Positions 27,843 through 37,798 are shown, counted from the stretch's first letter. The stretch is 64,000 nucleotides of DNA from an uncultured Candidatus Saccharibacteria bacterium (GCA_964504715.1 CAZDEP010000001.1:16830-80829); one strand, 5' to 3'. The notes: a model not told the origin generated them from the letters alone. A program made the numbers and translations.

Positions 27843-28035
27843 TTGGCAATCAAATAACCCGATCAGTTGTATGACTGCCAATAGCTAACAAAGGGATTCG
27901 AAAAGAGCGGTCCCCGGGCAAAGCCCGGGGAATTGAAAGCGAGCAAGCGCAGCTTTCAATAGCGGCAGGGGTCGCTGTAGTGTAGCGCGATTCTATCCGC
28001 CGCCAGGCGGATAGATGAGCGCAGCGTGAAGTGAC
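27843..28035 (-). mobile_element. About 190-bp tRNA-3'-end-associated element, copy 2 (inverted relative to copy 1), bounded by a 28-bp direct duplication of the tRNA-Ser(GCU) 3' end
   Basis: cgaatcccaccctctccgccattggcaa occurs at 27822-27849 (tRNA 3' end plus 7 nt) and again at 28036-28063. The core atagcggcaggggtcgctgtagtgtagcgcgattc...gagcgcagcgtgaagtgac is the reverse complement of the copy 1 core. Confidence 0.6.
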
Positions 28036-28168
28036 CGAATCCCACCCTCTCCGCCATTGGCAAACACGCAACTTTCAGGTTTCGTGGTTGCCAATGGGAC
28101 GCAAGCAGGATTCGAAAAAAACGTTTTTGCTTGGGAAGCACGATTAATCAAGGGCAGGGTTTTATAAA

Positions 28169-28615
28169 ATGAAAGAAATCACGCTTCATGGCCAATGGTT
28201 GGTTAAAGCGCCGCTTGAAAGCGTATTTGGCATAGTAACTGACTTTGAGAAGTTTCCCGAGCATTTCCCGAAGGTTGCCGAGTCTGTACACGTAAACAAA
28301 CGCGACGGCAATTATTTGGAAATAGACGCCACGGTAAGGTCTTTTGGCCAAAAGTTTCCGGTACAAATGAAAACCCGCATTTTGCCGGAAAAAGGTTTTA
28401 TTTCAGACAACAGCAGTCCCAAATTTGGCACTTCCGGACATGAGGAAATGCTGCTTTCGGCCTCGCGGGAAGGTACCTTAATAGATTATACCTACAGAGT
28501 CACAATCCATAAGCCATGGCTGCGCGTTGTGGCAACTCCGCTTATTCGGTGGTACTCCATGAAGTATTGGGAAAAAGCATTTATTGACGAATTAAAAAAG
28601 ATCCTGGAAAAGTAA
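28169..28615 (+). CDS. SRPBCC-superfamily (polyketide cyclase/Bet v1-like) protein
   Basis: 148 aa. The N-terminal pattern ...WLVKAPLESVFGIVTDFEKFPEHFP is typical of the Polyketide_cyc2/SRPBCC ligand-binding fold. Confidence 0.5.
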   Translation: MKEITLHGQWLVKAPLESVFGIVTDFEKFPEHFPKVAESVHVNKRDGNYLEIDATVRSFGQKFPVQMKTRILPEKGFISDNSSPKFGTSGHEEMLLSASREGTLIDYTYRVTIHKPWLRVVATPLIRWYSMKYWEKAFIDELKKILEK

Positions 28616-28660
28616 GCATGGAATTCAGTAAAATAAATACCTACGTGTGTAGGTATTTTT

Positions 28661-29398
28661 TTAGTCGCGCGCGGCTGTGAGGCAAAAAACTTTTTGGGCA
28701 CCATTTCTTTTTAAAACCTTGGCCGCCTCAAGCAAAGTGGAGCCGGTGGTGGTAACGTCGTCAACCAGAATAAACGATGCGCCTTTTAGGTTGGCTTTAG
28801 GAAAACCAGGCAGGATGCTGAAAGCTGACTCGACGTTTTTTATTCTTTCTTCGCGTTTTAAATTTTTTTGGGTTTTGGTAATTTTTTTTCGGCGCAGCGC
28901 ATCAACAGCCTGTAAACCCATCACGTTCGCTATAGATTCGGCTAAAACTTTGGATTGGTTAAAGCCGCGCCAGTTTTGGCGCATCCAGTGCAAAGGCACA
29001 GGTATTAGGTTATAGGTATTAGGTGTTAGAAGAAAAGGGAAATCTTTTTTTATTACATTGGCAATCATTTCCGCTAACTGTTTATAAACCTCCGGAAGAA
29101 AAGAATATTTGCCTTTTATCAAAATATCGGCTACGCGGGGGTCGTGGTAATCAAATATGGAAATCAGACCGTCAGCCATATGCGGGCTTTGGCAATGGGG
29201 ATGGGTGAGTCCGCCCAAAGACGGTTTTTTACAGACAATGCAAATTTGAAAATCCACTTTGGACAAAAGCGGCCGGCAGTCAGTGCAAATAAAATTCGGC
29301 CCTTCGGTTTCGCAAATTAAACAGCGGATGGGGAACAACAGGTCCATAACAAAGGTTGACGCATCGCGAAAGAGGGGTTTGAGGAAGGAACGGAGCAT
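28661..29398 (-). CDS. comFC: ComF family protein (competence-associated phosphoribosyltransferase-domain protein, ComFC-like)
   Basis: N-terminal Cys-rich zinc finger (CLICETEGPNFICTDC ... CIVCKKP ... HPHC) and a C-terminal PRTase motif FILVDDVTTTGSTL. Confidence 0.75.
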   Translation of the reverse strand: MLRSFLKPLFRDASTFVMDLLFPIRCLICETEGPNFICTDCRPLLSKVDFQICIVCKKPSLGGLTHPHCQSPHMADGLISIFDYHDPRVADILIKGKYSFLPEVYKQLAEMIANVIKKDFPFLLTPNTYNLIPVPLHWMRQNWRGFNQSKVLAESIANVMGLQAVDALRRKKITKTQKNLKREERIKNVESAFSILPGFPKANLKGASFILVDDVTTTGSTLLEAAKVLKRNGAQKVFCLTAARD

Positions 29399-29624
29399 GA
29401 AATAAGAAGTATGAATTAAGAAGTAAGGAAGATAGAAGAACTAGAATTAGGCTAAAATATCCAATACCCAATTACCAATATCCAATCGAACTAAAAAATA
29501 TGATAATTAAAGTTTAACAAATTTAAGGCAAAAGTCCTATAAAGCAAAAAGTTTTTTTGCAAAAAAAAGCGCCCGGCAGGGGTAGCTTTACACAAATGCC
29601 CAAATTGGATCAAAAAGCGGAAAT

Positions 29625-29650
29625 TTAAAAGGCTCAACCGACGTTGAGCC
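29625..29650 (-). terminator. Hairpin terminator downstream of clpC (stem nearly identical to the gatB terminator)
   Basis: aaaggctcaacc-gacg-ttgagccttt; the U-run on the minus strand is weak (tttaaattt). Confidence 0.45.
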
Positions 29651-29668
29651 TTTGGTTATGATTTGTAA

Positions 29669-32248
29669 TTAAGCCGTTACGGGCAGGGGGAGTTTGGCGT
29701 TTTTTTTGGCCGTAATTTCTATTTGGCCTTTTTTGACTTCGGCTAAAATTTCCAAGCTGCCCGTTTTTTTGTTCTCTATAATTTTTTCCGCCACCTTGTC
29801 CTCGAGCATATCCTGCAGATTTTTACGGACAAAGCGCGCGCCCTGGGCCGGGTCAAAGCTTTTTTCCGCAATGAATTTGGCCACTGTGGGTGCGGCTTTC
29901 AGCAGGACATCCTGTTCCATTAGCCGGCTTTGCAGTTGGCCAATTTGCAGGGCGGAAATTTTGGCCAATTCCTTAAAGCCGAGCGGCCGAAAGACCATAA
30001 TTTTGTCTATACGGTTTAAGAGTTCGGGCCTAAATTCCTGCTTTAAGCTTTCTACCACGCTGTTTTTGATTTGTTCATATTCGCGCTGCAGCTTATTTTG
30101 CTCGTCCAATTTGGCTTCCTTGTCGGCAAAGCCGATTTTTTGCGCCTGTTGGTTGAGTTCCTGCATCCCCAGGTTGGAAGTCATAATGACAATGGTGTTC
30201 CTAAAGTTGACTTTTTTGCCCATAGCATCGGTTAAGTAACCATCTTCCAAAATTTGCAGGAGGATGTTAAAGACTTCGGGGTTGGCTTTTTCTATTTCGT
30301 CAAACAACACGACGCTGTAGGGCTTGCGCCTAACGGCTTCGGTCAGCTGGCCGCCTTCGCCGTAGCCCACATAGCCGGCCGGCGCGCCTATAAGCCTTGC
30401 GACATTGTGCCTTTCCATAAATTCCGACATGTCCACGCGTATAAGCGCTTCTTCGTCTTCAAAAACTTCCGAGGCCAAAACTTTGGCGGTTTCGGTTTTG
30501 CCCACGCCCGTGGGGCCTAAGAAAATAAACGAACCCAAAGGCCGGTTGGGGTTTGAGATTCCGGCTCGGCTGCGCCTTATGGCCTTGGAAATTTCCTCCA
30601 CGACCTCGTCTTGCCCTACAATTTTGGCCTTGAGGGTCTTTTCCAAATTGGCCAGCTTGCCGATTTCCGTTTTCGTCAACCGGTTAAGCGGGATTTTAGT
30701 CATCATGGAAACCGTATGGGCAATTTCTTCCGCGCCGATGGTATGGGTGGGCGACTGGCTTTCGTTAAGCAGGTTTTTGGACAGCTCGGCTTTTTGCTTG
30801 AGCAGCTTTTCTTCCTGCGTCCTTAAGTGGAGGGCGGTGGTAAAATCCTGGTTTAACACGGCCTTGGTTTTTTCCTGTTCCAAAATTTCCAAATCGCTTT
30901 CAATTTTTTTAGTGGTCCTTAAAAGTTTGCTGGACGAACCGAGGCTCCTTAAAAACGCGGCGGTTTCATCTATTAAATCCACCGCCTTGTCGGGCAAAAA
31001 GCGGTCGTTTATGTAGCGGGAAGAAAGGTCGACGGCGGCTTTTATGGCTTCGTCGGTTATAACCACGTTGTGATGTTTTTCGTAAGAAGGCCTTAAGCCC
31101 CTTAAAATATCCACCGCTTCTTCTTTCGCCGGCTCTTCCACCAGCACGGGCTGGAACCTTCTTTCCAGGGCCGCGTCCTGTTCAATATGTTTTTTGTATT
31201 CCGAAAGCGTGGTGGCGCCTATGGCCCTCAGTTCGCCCCGGGCCAAAGCGGGCTTTAAAATGTTGGCCGCATCGAGGCTGCCGGTGGTCGCGCCTGCGCC
31301 TACCATGGTATGCAGTTCGTCTATAAATAAAATGATGTTGGGGTTATTTTTAACTTCATCTATTATTTGCTTTAGGCGGTTTTCAAATTCGCCCCGAAAC
31401 ATGCTGCCGGCCACTATTAAAGCCAAATCAAGCGAAAGGATTTTTTTGTCGAGCAGGCTGTCGGGGACTTCGCGCTTGGAAATCGCGAGGGCCAAACCTT
31501 CCACAATGGCGGTCTTGCCCACGCCGGCTTCGCCTATTAGCAGGGGGTTGTTTTTTGTGCGGCGGTTCAGTATGGAAATCACGCGTTCGATTTCGGTTTT
31601 GCGGCCAATGACCGGGTCCACCAAACCTTGGGCGGCTTTTTTAGTTAAGTCAGTGGTAAAATATTCCAACAGGCTGCCTTTTTTTTGGTTCATACCCATG
31701 GGATTCTGCGGCATGGGCCCGTTCATGCTACCCATACTGCCGCCGCTTGGCGCCTGTCCTTCGCCCGCCTCGGGCAAGTCGGGGAATTTGGAAATGTTTT
31801 CAAAGACGTTCAGCAAATTTTGTTCAAGCTCGTACATATCCACGCCCAGTTTGGACAAAATTACCCGCGCTTTATTTTGCGGTATGGCCAACAGCCCGTA
31901 CAAAAAATGTTCGGTGCCAATAAATTGGTAGCCAAATTGGCTGGCAATAATCGCGCTTTTTTCTATGGCGGATTTGAGGTTTTCCGACAAAACCGGCTTC
32001 CAGGTTTGGACCTTGTTGTTGGTGTTGACCAACATAAGTTCCTGTTTGACAATTTCGGCCGAAAGTTTGGTCTTAGTGAGGATTTCCGCGGCAAAAGAGC
32101 TCTTTTCGGTGACAATGCCGAATAAAAGATGTTCGGTGCCAATATGGTCGTGTTTTAATTCTTCACTGGCAAGTTGTGCAGCAATAAGCGCATTTTTGGC
32201 GCGAGATGACAATCTTTCAAGGATGTAAGAGAAATTGTTTCCGTTCAT
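29669..32248 (-). CDS. clpC: ATP-dependent Clp protease ATP-binding subunit ClpC (class III Hsp100)
   Basis: Two Clp_N repeats (HIGTEHLLFGI, FIGTEHFLYGL). AAA-1 Walker A GEAGVGKT, AAA-2 Walker A GPTGVGKT. A short M-domain points to ClpC rather than ClpB. The sensor-2 GAR motif is present. Confidence 0.9.
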   Translation of the reverse strand: MNGNNFSYILERLSSRAKNALIAAQLASEELKHDHIGTEHLLFGIVTEKSSFAAEILTKTKLSAEIVKQELMLVNTNNKVQTWKPVLSENLKSAIEKSAIIASQFGYQFIGTEHFLYGLLAIPQNKARVILSKLGVDMYELEQNLLNVFENISKFPDLPEAGEGQAPSGGSMGSMNGPMPQNPMGMNQKKGSLLEYFTTDLTKKAAQGLVDPVIGRKTEIERVISILNRRTKNNPLLIGEAGVGKTAIVEGLALAISKREVPDSLLDKKILSLDLALIVAGSMFRGEFENRLKQIIDEVKNNPNIILFIDELHTMVGAGATTGSLDAANILKPALARGELRAIGATTLSEYKKHIEQDAALERRFQPVLVEEPAKEEAVDILRGLRPSYEKHHNVVITDEAIKAAVDLSSRYINDRFLPDKAVDLIDETAAFLRSLGSSSKLLRTTKKIESDLEILEQEKTKAVLNQDFTTALHLRTQEEKLLKQKAELSKNLLNESQSPTHTIGAEEIAHTVSMMTKIPLNRLTKTEIGKLANLEKTLKAKIVGQDEVVEEISKAIRRSRAGISNPNRPLGSFIFLGPTGVGKTETAKVLASEVFEDEEALIRVDMSEFMERHNVARLIGAPAGYVGYGEGGQLTEAVRRKPYSVVLFDEIEKANPEVFNILLQILEDGYLTDAMGKKVNFRNTIVIMTSNLGMQELNQQAQKIGFADKEAKLDEQNKLQREYEQIKNSVVESLKQEFRPELLNRIDKIMVFRPLGFKELAKISALQIGQLQSRLMEQDVLLKAAPTVAKFIAEKSFDPAQGARFVRKNLQDMLEDKVAEKIIENKKTGSLEILAEVKKGQIEITAKKNAKLPLPVTA

Positions 32249-32483
32249 GAAAATAGATTTTAGATATTAGGTGCTAGATTTTAGGAAGAAAAATGAATCA
32301 ATGCTACTATGTTATTATAACATCTTATTGATTAAAATTATTATAAACATTTGTTATCACTCTTGTCAACGGAGTGATAGTATTATTCGCGGATACGCTG
32401 ATTCCGCGGGATTTGCGGATTCAAAGAAAGAGCTTTATTTTCATTAGTGCTATCTGCCTCATCCGAGTATCCGCGAGATAAAC

Positions 32484-32969
32484 ATGAATAATCCCATCCA
32501 AAAATCAGAAGACGAAAATAAGGCTTATGACTATGCCATGTTTTTACTGAATATCCGCCTTAGGACCGAAGGGGAATTAAGAGAAAAAATGAGAAGTAAG
32601 AAGTATGAAGACAGAATTATGGACGAAGTTATTAGGCGATTGAAAGAATTACATTACATAGACGACCAGAGGTTTGCGGAAGTGTATTTGGAAAATTTAA
32701 AAAAATACAAGTCGTGGGGCTATTTTGGGATAAAGAAAAAGTTTATGGAAAAAAAGCTGCCGCGGGAAATTATTGAAAATGTTTTAGCGGAGGGGATGAC
32801 GGAAGAAGAGGAATTGGAGATTGCGAAGAAGTTTTTAAAGAAGCAAAATTCCCTCCCCTTGAGGGGGAGGGATAAGGGTGGGGTGAGTCGTGAAGATAAG
32901 TCAAGGCTGGCTAGAAAACTCGCGGCGAAAGGGTTTAGGGGCAACGTGGTAGCTAAGCTGATATTTTAA
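32484..32969 (+). CDS. recX: Recombination regulator RecX
   Basis: KAYDYAMFLLNIRLRTEGELREKMRSKKYEDRIMDEVIRRLKELHYIDDQRFAEVYLENL is the RecX helical-repeat signature. The C-terminal part carries an in-frame GC-rich palindrome at 32850-32870. Confidence 0.7.
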   Translation: MNNPIQKSEDENKAYDYAMFLLNIRLRTEGELREKMRSKKYEDRIMDEVIRRLKELHYIDDQRFAEVYLENLKKYKSWGYFGIKKKFMEKKLPREIIENVLAEGMTEEEELEIAKKFLKKQNSLPLRGRDKGGVSREDKSRLARKLAAKGFRGNVVAKLIF

Positions 32970-33910
32970 AGGTTCATTTCCCTTAATCTATTTATTCTTT
33001 CTTCAATTGGCGGATGGGTGTTAAACATTTTGGCAAACCAGCTTCTGCCGGAGGGGGAGGCCGCCCTGAGTGCATCGGAAGGGCCTGCGTCTTCGTGAAA
33101 AGGATTCGCTATATAAAGGTGGGCGGTGGCTTTGTTGGCAGCTTCCAGCGGTTCGGTGTCGGCGCTGATTTTTTCCAAAGCCCTGGCCAGGCCTTCCGGG
33201 TAGCGGGTTAAGAGCGCGCCCGAGGCATCGGCCAGAAATTCCCGTTTTCGGGAAACCGCAAGTTTAATGAGCGTGGCAATAATAGGCGAAAGAATGGCAA
33301 GAGCTATGCCGGCCACAAGCAAAACGGCTTGGAGTTGCCCGCCGCCTTCGCTGTTGCGGCTCCGGCGCCGGCCGCCCCAAAAAGTCGCCCTAAGCATCCA
33401 GTCCGCAAGCAGGGTTACTACTCCCACCAACACCACCACCAAAGTCATTACGCGAATATCATAGTTTCCAATGTGCGAAAGTTCGTGTGCCACCACGCCT
33501 TCGAGTTCCGTTTTTTCAAGTTTTTGCAATATTCCCGTGGTAAAACAGACAATGGCATGCTCCGGGTCCCGGCCCGTGGCAAAGGCGTTCGGGGCCGTAT
33601 CATCAATTACATAAATTTTTGGCGTGGGCAGGCCGGCGGCAATGCAAAGGTTTTCCACCAAGCGGTAGAGTTCGGGGTTACTCTGCCTGTCTACCTCTTT
33701 GGCCTGCGACAAAGCCAGGGTAATTGAATCGCTAAAATAATAAGAAATGAATGAGCTTAAAAACGAAAAGCCAACGGCAAAATACAGAATTTGCGGGGAA
33801 TTGTAGGCTTGGGAAAAAACAAAACCCAAAAGCGAAATTACGATCAAAAAGCTGAATATTAAAATCCAGCTTTCGGTTTTGTTTTTGGATATGTGGTCGT
33901 AGGTTAGCAT
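32966..33910 (-). CDS. htpX: Zinc metalloprotease HtpX (M48 family)
   Basis: HExxH motif HELSHIGNYD, four TM helices, M48 topology. Confidence 0.85.
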   Translation of the reverse strand: MLTYDHISKNKTESWILIFSFLIVISLLGFVFSQAYNSPQILYFAVGFSFLSSFISYYFSDSITLALSQAKEVDRQSNPELYRLVENLCIAAGLPTPKIYVIDDTAPNAFATGRDPEHAIVCFTTGILQKLEKTELEGVVAHELSHIGNYDIRVMTLVVVLVGVVTLLADWMLRATFWGGRRRSRNSEGGGQLQAVLLVAGIALAILSPIIATLIKLAVSRKREFLADASGALLTRYPEGLARALEKISADTEPLEAANKATAHLYIANPFHEDAGPSDALRAASPSGRSWFAKMFNTHPPIEERINRLREMNL

Positions 33911-33982
33911 AAAACTTGAATTAAGAAGAATGAAGTAAGAATTATGATTCGATTCCTTACTTCTAAATACTTACTTCTTACT

Positions 33983-34531
33983 TCAAAATTTTACTTGTAC
34001 TGGTTGCCCCTCGGGGCCCTTTTCGTCAATGTCAAAAAAATCTCTGGCAGAAAAGCTGAACATTGAGGCAAAGAGGTTGGTGGGGAAGACCTGCAGCTGG
34101 GTGTTGTAGTCGCGCACCGTGCCGTTATAAAAGCGCCTCGACGCCTGGATTTTGTCTTCGGTGTCGGTTAAATCCCGCTGCATTTGCATAAAGTTGGTGT
34201 TGGACTTTAAATCCGGATACGCTTCCGCCACGGCAAACAAAGACTTTAAGGCGCCCGAAAGCATATTTTCATCTTTCAATTTTTCCTGCATGGTTCCTGC
34301 GCCCATGGCCATATTGCGGGCTTTGGTCACGTTTTCCAAAACCGAGGATTCCTGTTTGGCGTAACCTTTGACGGTTTCCACCAGGTTGGGGATGAGATCG
34401 TATCGCCGCTTTAGCTGGACTTCTATGTCGCTCCAGGCTTCATCCACGCGGTTTTTAGAGCGGATAAGCCCGTTGTAGACCATAACGGCGCCAACAACCA
34501 GCACGGCTAAAACTATCCAAAATATAAACAT
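33983..34531 (-). CDS. lemA: LemA family protein
   Basis: N-terminal TM helix plus EAWSDIEVQLKRRYDLIPNLVETVKGYAKQES...L..V..AR, the LemA consensus. Confidence 0.8.
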   Translation of the reverse strand: MFIFWIVLAVLVVGAVMVYNGLIRSKNRVDEAWSDIEVQLKRRYDLIPNLVETVKGYAKQESSVLENVTKARNMAMGAGTMQEKLKDENMLSGALKSLFAVAEAYPDLKSNTNFMQMQRDLTDTEDKIQASRRFYNGTVRDYNTQLQVFPTNLFASMFSFSARDFFDIDEKGPEGQPVQVKF

Positions 34532-34692
34532 AAATTTTTTATTTCCGATTAATGTCCTAATTTATTAGGATTATGTTTGAATTATAGCATATTTGGGGCA
34601 AAAAGTTTTGATATTTTGAAATTTATCCACTGACATTGGATGGGTTGCTTAATATTAAGTGGCCGATATAAAAATTTGGGATTTTAAAGAAT

Positions 34693-34703
34693 TTGTGGTA
34701 TAA
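34693..34703 (+). promoter_or_regulatory. Extended -10 TGTGGTATAAT upstream of secA
   Basis: Exact tgtggtataat; a hairpin ccctctcct-ccc-aaggagaggg overlaps the RBS at 34748-34772. Confidence 0.45.
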
Positions 34704-34778
34704 TTACCGCAGATTTGTGTGAGAAAGAAACCAAAAAACAATCTAACCCTCTCCTCCCAAGGAGAGGGGTAATAATGT

Positions 34779-37175
34779 ATGGGATTTACAGAAAATTTAC
34801 AACAAAAAGTAAACAATTTCCTCGATACCCGCTATATCCACCGCCTGGAAAATAAGATAGCGCTTATTGCCAAAGAGCGAGAGGAGCTAAAAAGCTGGAG
34901 TGAAAAAGAGCTGAGGCTGGCGGCTTTGGCATTTAAGGATGACCTAAAAAAAGGCAAGACTTTGGACGATATTTTGGTCCCGGCTTTTGCCGTAGCCAAT
35001 GAGGCCGCAAGGCGCGTACTTGGCCAGGTGCCCTTTGATGTGCAGATCTTGGGCGGCATAGTCATCCATATGGGCAAGGTTGCCGAAATGAAGGCCGGCG
35101 AGGGCAAAACCCTAACCGAAACCATGCCCGTATATTTAAACGCGCTTTTGGGCAGGGGCGTGCACATTGTGACGACCAACGATTATTTGGCCGAGCGGGA
35201 CTCTAAGTGGATGGGCAAACTTTACGACCTTTTGGGATTGAGCGTGGGGTATGTAACATCCGCCATGAAGTCCGAGCAAAGGCGCAAAGCGTATGCGTGC
35301 GACATAACTTACGTTACCAACCAGGAAATCGGCTTTGATTATTTGCGCGACAATTTGGTGTTTTCCAAAGTCGACAGGGTCTTAAGGCCCGAGCATCCTT
35401 TGCATTTTGGCATAGTGGATGAAATAGATTCCATATTAATAGATGAGTCGCGTACGCCGCTGATTATTGCCCAAGCTTTAAAAGAGGAGAGGGATTACTA
35501 TGACCAATTCAGCAAAATTGCAGCGGGACTAAAAGAAGGCGAAGATTTTGAAGTCGACTATAAGAATAAAAACGCCAAGATGACGGAAGGGGGCCTGGAC
35601 AGAGTCGAGAAAATTTTGGGTGCCCCGGTGTTTTCCGCCGACAATCCCATGGCGGCGTTTTACTTGGACGTGTCTTTAAGGGCGCGCGTGCTGTTTGAGA
35701 AAGACCGGGATTATATTATTTCTGCAGACGGAGTGGAAATTGTGGATGAATTCACCGGCCGTGTTTTGCCGGGGAGGAGGTTTAGCGACGGCGTGCACCA
35801 GGCGATTGAAGCCAAGGAAAAGGTGAAAGTCAAAGAGGCCGACCGGACCGCCGCCAGCATTACTTTCCAGAATTTTTTCCCGCTTTACGAAAAATTTTCG
35901 GGTATGTCGGGCACGGTTATGCGCGCCCGCGACGAGTTTAACCAGGTCTATAAACTTGATGTGGTTCAAATCCCCACCAACCGTCCCTTGGCGCGCATTG
36001 AGCATAATGACTTGTTTTTTAAAACGCAAAAAGGAAAGTTTTTGGGTTTAATGAAAAAAGTCCGGCACATTCACCAAAAGGGCCAGCCGCTTTTGGTAGG
36101 CGCGCGCAATGTGGAAACCGCCCACGCGGTGGCGGAAATGTTTGAAAACGAAGGGCTGCCGTTCCAACTTTTGACCGCCAGCGACCATAAAGCCGAGGCG
36201 GAAAAAATCGCCAAAGCGGGCGCGGAGGGTATGATAACCATTGCTACCAACATGGCAGGCCGCGGTACGGATATTATGCTGGGGGCTGGCGTTGAAAAGC
36301 TGGGCGGCCTGTTTGTAATTGGTACCGAACGCCATGAATCCCGGCGCATAGACGACCAGCTGGCCGGGCGCAGCGGCCGGCAGGGCGAAGCGGGCGAGTC
36401 CGAGTTCCTTATTTCCATGGAAGACGAAATAATGATGCTTTTTGGCAGCCAAAAAATAATTGATGCCATGGAAGAGTATGACCTGCCCGAAGACGAATAT
36501 ATTTCCGGCCCCTCTTTGGACAAAGCGTTCGCCCAGGCGCAGGATTTTATAGAAAGCAAAAATTATGACAGCCGGATTTACCTTTATAAGTACGACAGCG
36601 TAACCAATTACCAGCGTTTGGAAGTCTACAAACTGCGGGACGGTCTGCTGGAAAATCCGGAAGGTTTTAACAATTTTGCCGTGCAGGCGGTGGAAGAAAC
36701 GGTGGGGAGGATTTTTGCACTCGCCGATCCGGCCGCCGTTGCCCGGCGGTTAAAAGAAATTTTTGGCGTGGGTATTGAAAGCCAAAATTTGGCTTTCTTA
36801 CAAAAAGAGCCGGGGATGGGCGAGACTTTTAACGAACTGTTGAATCCTTTTTATAAGTCGCCAAAGGCAGAAGTTTTAAAACAGGCGGCGGCGCAAGCGG
36901 CTATGGAGGCGGGGAGTCGGCTGGAAAAGATTTTTTCCGATCCGGAAGTTTATAAGGCTTCCCAGGCGCTGGTTCTGGAAATTATCGACAATAACTGGAG
37001 CCGACATTTGGAGTTGGTGGAAATCCTTAAAGAAGAATCCGGATTGTTTTCTTACGCCTCGCAGGATCCGCTCATTGACTATATTTTGGAAAGCAAAAAG
37101 TTGTTTGAGCATATGGGAGATAGCATACAAGAGCAGTTTCTTCAAACGGTGTTTGGGCGTTTGTCGCGATCCTAG
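34779..37175 (+). CDS. secA: Preprotein translocase ATPase SecA (short form, ~800 aa)
   Basis: DEAD-motor motifs: MKAGEGKTL (Walker A), TNDYLAERD, IVDEIDSILIDE (Walker B), TNMAGRGTDI. Confidence 0.9.
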   Translation: MGFTENLQQKVNNFLDTRYIHRLENKIALIAKEREELKSWSEKELRLAALAFKDDLKKGKTLDDILVPAFAVANEAARRVLGQVPFDVQILGGIVIHMGKVAEMKAGEGKTLTETMPVYLNALLGRGVHIVTTNDYLAERDSKWMGKLYDLLGLSVGYVTSAMKSEQRRKAYACDITYVTNQEIGFDYLRDNLVFSKVDRVLRPEHPLHFGIVDEIDSILIDESRTPLIIAQALKEERDYYDQFSKIAAGLKEGEDFEVDYKNKNAKMTEGGLDRVEKILGAPVFSADNPMAAFYLDVSLRARVLFEKDRDYIISADGVEIVDEFTGRVLPGRRFSDGVHQAIEAKEKVKVKEADRTAASITFQNFFPLYEKFSGMSGTVMRARDEFNQVYKLDVVQIPTNRPLARIEHNDLFFKTQKGKFLGLMKKVRHIHQKGQPLLVGARNVETAHAVAEMFENEGLPFQLLTASDHKAEAEKIAKAGAEGMITIATNMAGRGTDIMLGAGVEKLGGLFVIGTERHESRRIDDQLAGRSGRQGEAGESEFLISMEDEIMMLFGSQKIIDAMEEYDLPEDEYISGPSLDKAFAQAQDFIESKNYDSRIYLYKYDSVTNYQRLEVYKLRDGLLENPEGFNNFAVQAVEETVGRIFALADPAAVARRLKEIFGVGIESQNLAFLQKEPGMGETFNELLNPFYKSPKAEVLKQAAAQAAMEAGSRLEKIFSDPEVYKASQALVLEIIDNNWSRHLELVEILKEESGLFSYASQDPLIDYILESKKLFEHMGDSIQEQFLQTVFGRLSRS

Positions 37176-37295
37176 TGCCGTTTCATTTTAAACCTGACGG
37201 CCAATATCCCTTAAATTAATTTATTTTAGAGGAGTTTGAAAATCTGACAATCGACATAATTAAAATGAAACGGTACTAAAATAATTTATTCCGAT

Positions 37296-37392
37296 ATACA
37301 GATGGGCAGATATTTCAGATAACTACAGATATTATTATAAATATTTTATTTACCATCTGTAGGTATCTGTATTATCAGATAATCAGTAAATC
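37296..37392. mobile_element. Cargo-less MITE-like copy (left TIR directly abutting right TIR) of the element that splits virB4
   Basis: acagatgggcagatatttcagataactacagat + spacer + ccatctgtaggtatctgtattatcagataatcagtaaatcgg. Each end is about 85% identical to the 9451/9868 TIRs. Confidence 0.6.
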
Positions 37393-37443
37393 GGCATACA
37401 TTAGTAATTGACCTAATTAGTTAAATTAGGCTATAATTTTTCC

Positions 37444-37725
37444 ATGCTTACACGTGAGGAAGTAATAAAACTTTCCCAGCTGGCAAGGATAGAACTTAGC
37501 GACACAGAGGTGGAAAAGTTCCAGAAGGACCTGTCCGCGGTTTTTGAGTATGTGGAAGAATTAAAACAGGTGAATGTGGAAGGCCTGGAGGAAGTTTCCC
37601 AGGTTACCGGGCTGGTAAATGTCCAGAGGGAAGACAAAGTTGTGGACCACGGCAACCGCGAGGAAATTTTTACCCAGGCGCCGGAAATGAAAGATGGGTA
37701 CTTTAAAGTGAAAGCAATTTTATAG
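37444..37725 (+). CDS. gatC: Asp/Glu-tRNA amidotransferase subunit C
   Basis: 93 aa. The pattern IT.EEV.KLA.LARIELSD.E...F..DL..V...VE.L is GatC-like. It sits immediately upstream of gatA. Confidence 0.8.
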   Translation: MLTREEVIKLSQLARIELSDTEVEKFQKDLSAVFEYVEELKQVNVEGLEEVSQVTGLVNVQREDKVVDHGNREEIFTQAPEMKDGYFKVKAIL

Positions 37726-37798
37726 CCGAGCGTTTAGGGCTAAGCGCTAAGGGCTAAGATTTCTTAGCGCTATACGCTTAGCCCTTAGCCCTGAAAAA

